Source: the human T2T-CHM13v2.0 reference genome, Homo sapiens. From it: DNA of 64,000 bases. Where the stretch lies: assembly GCF_009914755.1 (NCBI RefSeq), contig NC_060926.1, one strand, 5' to 3'. Shown one piece after another: positions 62,053-64,000 of this stretch; position 1 is the stretch's first letter, and each line of letters begins with the position of its first letter. The notes under the pieces were generated by a model, which searched no databases, was not told the origin of the DNA, and saw nothing but the letters and a program-made list of their open reading frames with translations. The translations under genes were made by a program, and so were the position numbers.

Positions 62053-64000
62053 AGGGACACAGACCCACAGAGAGCAAATGGTAATGTTACATTTGGGACT
62101 CTGAAGACAGACAGTCCTCAAGTCTGCCCTTATTTGGGGCTCCTCACTGGGGAAGATCCCACTGAGTCTGAGGACTTGGGGGAATTGTTTTAAGGTGGAA
62201 GAGTAGCAACAACTCTGAAGAGCAGAGAGAGGCTGGGAAATTGGAGTCTAAGGACTCCACGTTTACCCCCGCAGAAGTGGGTGGAATGTTCATGTTACTG
62301 TCATGTTGCTAGAAAAACCAAAGAGGGAGAGAATTCTTTGTATTATCTACCTCTGCTTTCAAACAGGTTTTTTCCTGGAAGCTGTGGGGCAAGCAGTCAT
62401 TTTTACCCTAGTGAGACATGCTTAAGTAAACTCTTTATAGCTTTTTCTCGCTGAGACAAGCTCCACTGGAGGAGAAAGTCTTTCACTGCATGGACACGTG
62501 CACAGAAGGGGCAGAGTGCAAGGCTTAACGCCAGAGACTTCTTAGAGGAGAGAAGCTGTGATGGGCACAGCACAGGACAAGCTTGGACGCAGCTCAGGGT
62601 ACCAAAGGCCAGAGAGTAAAAGCACTCAATGAAACAAATTAATGTTTTTAAATGCTCTATTTTAATTTTTAACATGCTGACTATCTAGACATATAACCCC
62701 TGTAAGCTAAAGCTCTTTAGGGTTTTTTATACTTTTTAGCAGTGTAATGAGCTCCCAGCACCCTTAGGTCTCTTTCTGGCACTGGGATTACTCAGCAGCT
62801 TCACCTGGTGCACGTACAGGGAGCTCAGCTGTTCCCAGGCATGAGCGGTGAGTCGACCATCTGCCCCTGAGATTCCCTCATGGCTGGGCCCAGCAAGACA
62901 TGGATGCAGGAAAGCTTGTTACGGAATTCCCTGCTGATCTTGCTGGTCGTAAGGGAAGGGCAAAAGTGAATGCCAGCGTGTTGCCAAAGAAGTTAGGGCT
63001 TGGCTGCAAAGGAAGGAAACACACCTAGCTGCTCTGCAGCCCCAGGCTGGTTCTTAGAAAAAGGACCCGAGAAAAAAACCCTACCTCCAGAGCACAGGTG
63101 ACTTTGCTGAAAAAGAGCACACCAAGAAACGCAGGCCTGTGCCCTAACAGAGAGGCTCCAGTCCCACCTCACCCTCAGCACCCACAGCATCTGCCCTTCT
63201 CCCATGAGATTTCAAAGGCAGCCCCTTTCCCTCACCCTGGAGAGGAGACCAGCAAAGGACGGTGAGGGCATCTGGATGGCTGTGGGATAAAGCAGGTGGG
63301 GCCAGTTGCCCCCGGAGCACTGAGAGCCCAGGGATCCATGGAGCTGGGCAGCCAGTGCCCCTCCGGCCATGGATAGGAGGTTGGACAAGATGCCATCAAG
63401 GCCCCCTCCCACCTCTGGGATGTAGCATCTTTGCCAAAGATCAGTGTCCAGTGACTTTGAACACATCCCTGGCCATTTTGTGGTACCTGGTTGCTTGACC
63501 GCATGTGCCTAGGTATTCTTTATTTCTATAACAGTTTGAGGGTATGTGTCCCCTCCCCAGGGTGGAGGGCCAGGCTCAGCCCAAGCTGCCTTCAAATTTC
63601 AAGAGGTCTGAAGCCAGGCTCGGCCTCATGGAGGGCCATGGCCTGCAATCGAGAGGACTGACCTGGACAGGTTCAAGGAAGCTGCCAGAAACTCAGCTTC
63701 AGAAGTCATTGAACCTGCAGGCAGCAACCTAGAGAGGGACCCTGACCTCCCAAGGGCCCACCTGTCCTCCAACAAGACCCCTACTGTTGTAGCAGACAGC
63801 CCTCTTGGCCAGGGCAAGGCTCCAGAAGCTTCCACTGAAGCTGGGGTCCACAAGGGCTGCATGGAGGCATGCTTCCCTAGCCCTTGTGCAAGCCCAGCTT
63901 GAGCCCAGGGTCTGGAACAGAGATCCTCAGCCCAGACTCACGCCTGCCTCTCTCCCTCATCTTCTCCACAAGGACTATAAACCAAAAATAAAGTTATAAG

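Overview
Human (primate) genomic DNA at the 5' end of BIN1 (amphiphysin 2). BIN1 is on the minus strand: intron 1 covers 1-7250, coding exon 1 is 7334-7251 ([28 protein letters not shown]), and the CpG-island promoter is at about 6.1-8.1 kb. The remaining ~56 kb upstream has no recognisable protein-coding gene and is dense in repeats (about 30 Alus, old L1M pieces, MaLR/ERV LTRs, Tigger/Charlie DNA transposons). The main accessory feature is a TSD-flanked, human-specific SVA_F1 retrotransposon (19260-21462, minus) carrying a spliced-in piece of MAST2 exon 1 and a long, structured VNTR. It lies between the promoter and the ~33-38 kb region, whose sequence matches my recollection of the Alzheimer-associated BIN1 enhancer SNP cluster (rs6733839/rs744373, non-risk alleles). 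Lower-confidence observations are a candidate plus-strand spliced non-coding transcript across that enhancer, recurrent templated micro-rearrangements at the same Alu linker position, and an orphan L1 ORF2 fragment. I found no convincing wholly new gene or system; apart from BIN1 exon 1, the ORF-track entries are repeat- or GC-derived. Repeat subfamily names and SNP identities come from recall, not database searches.
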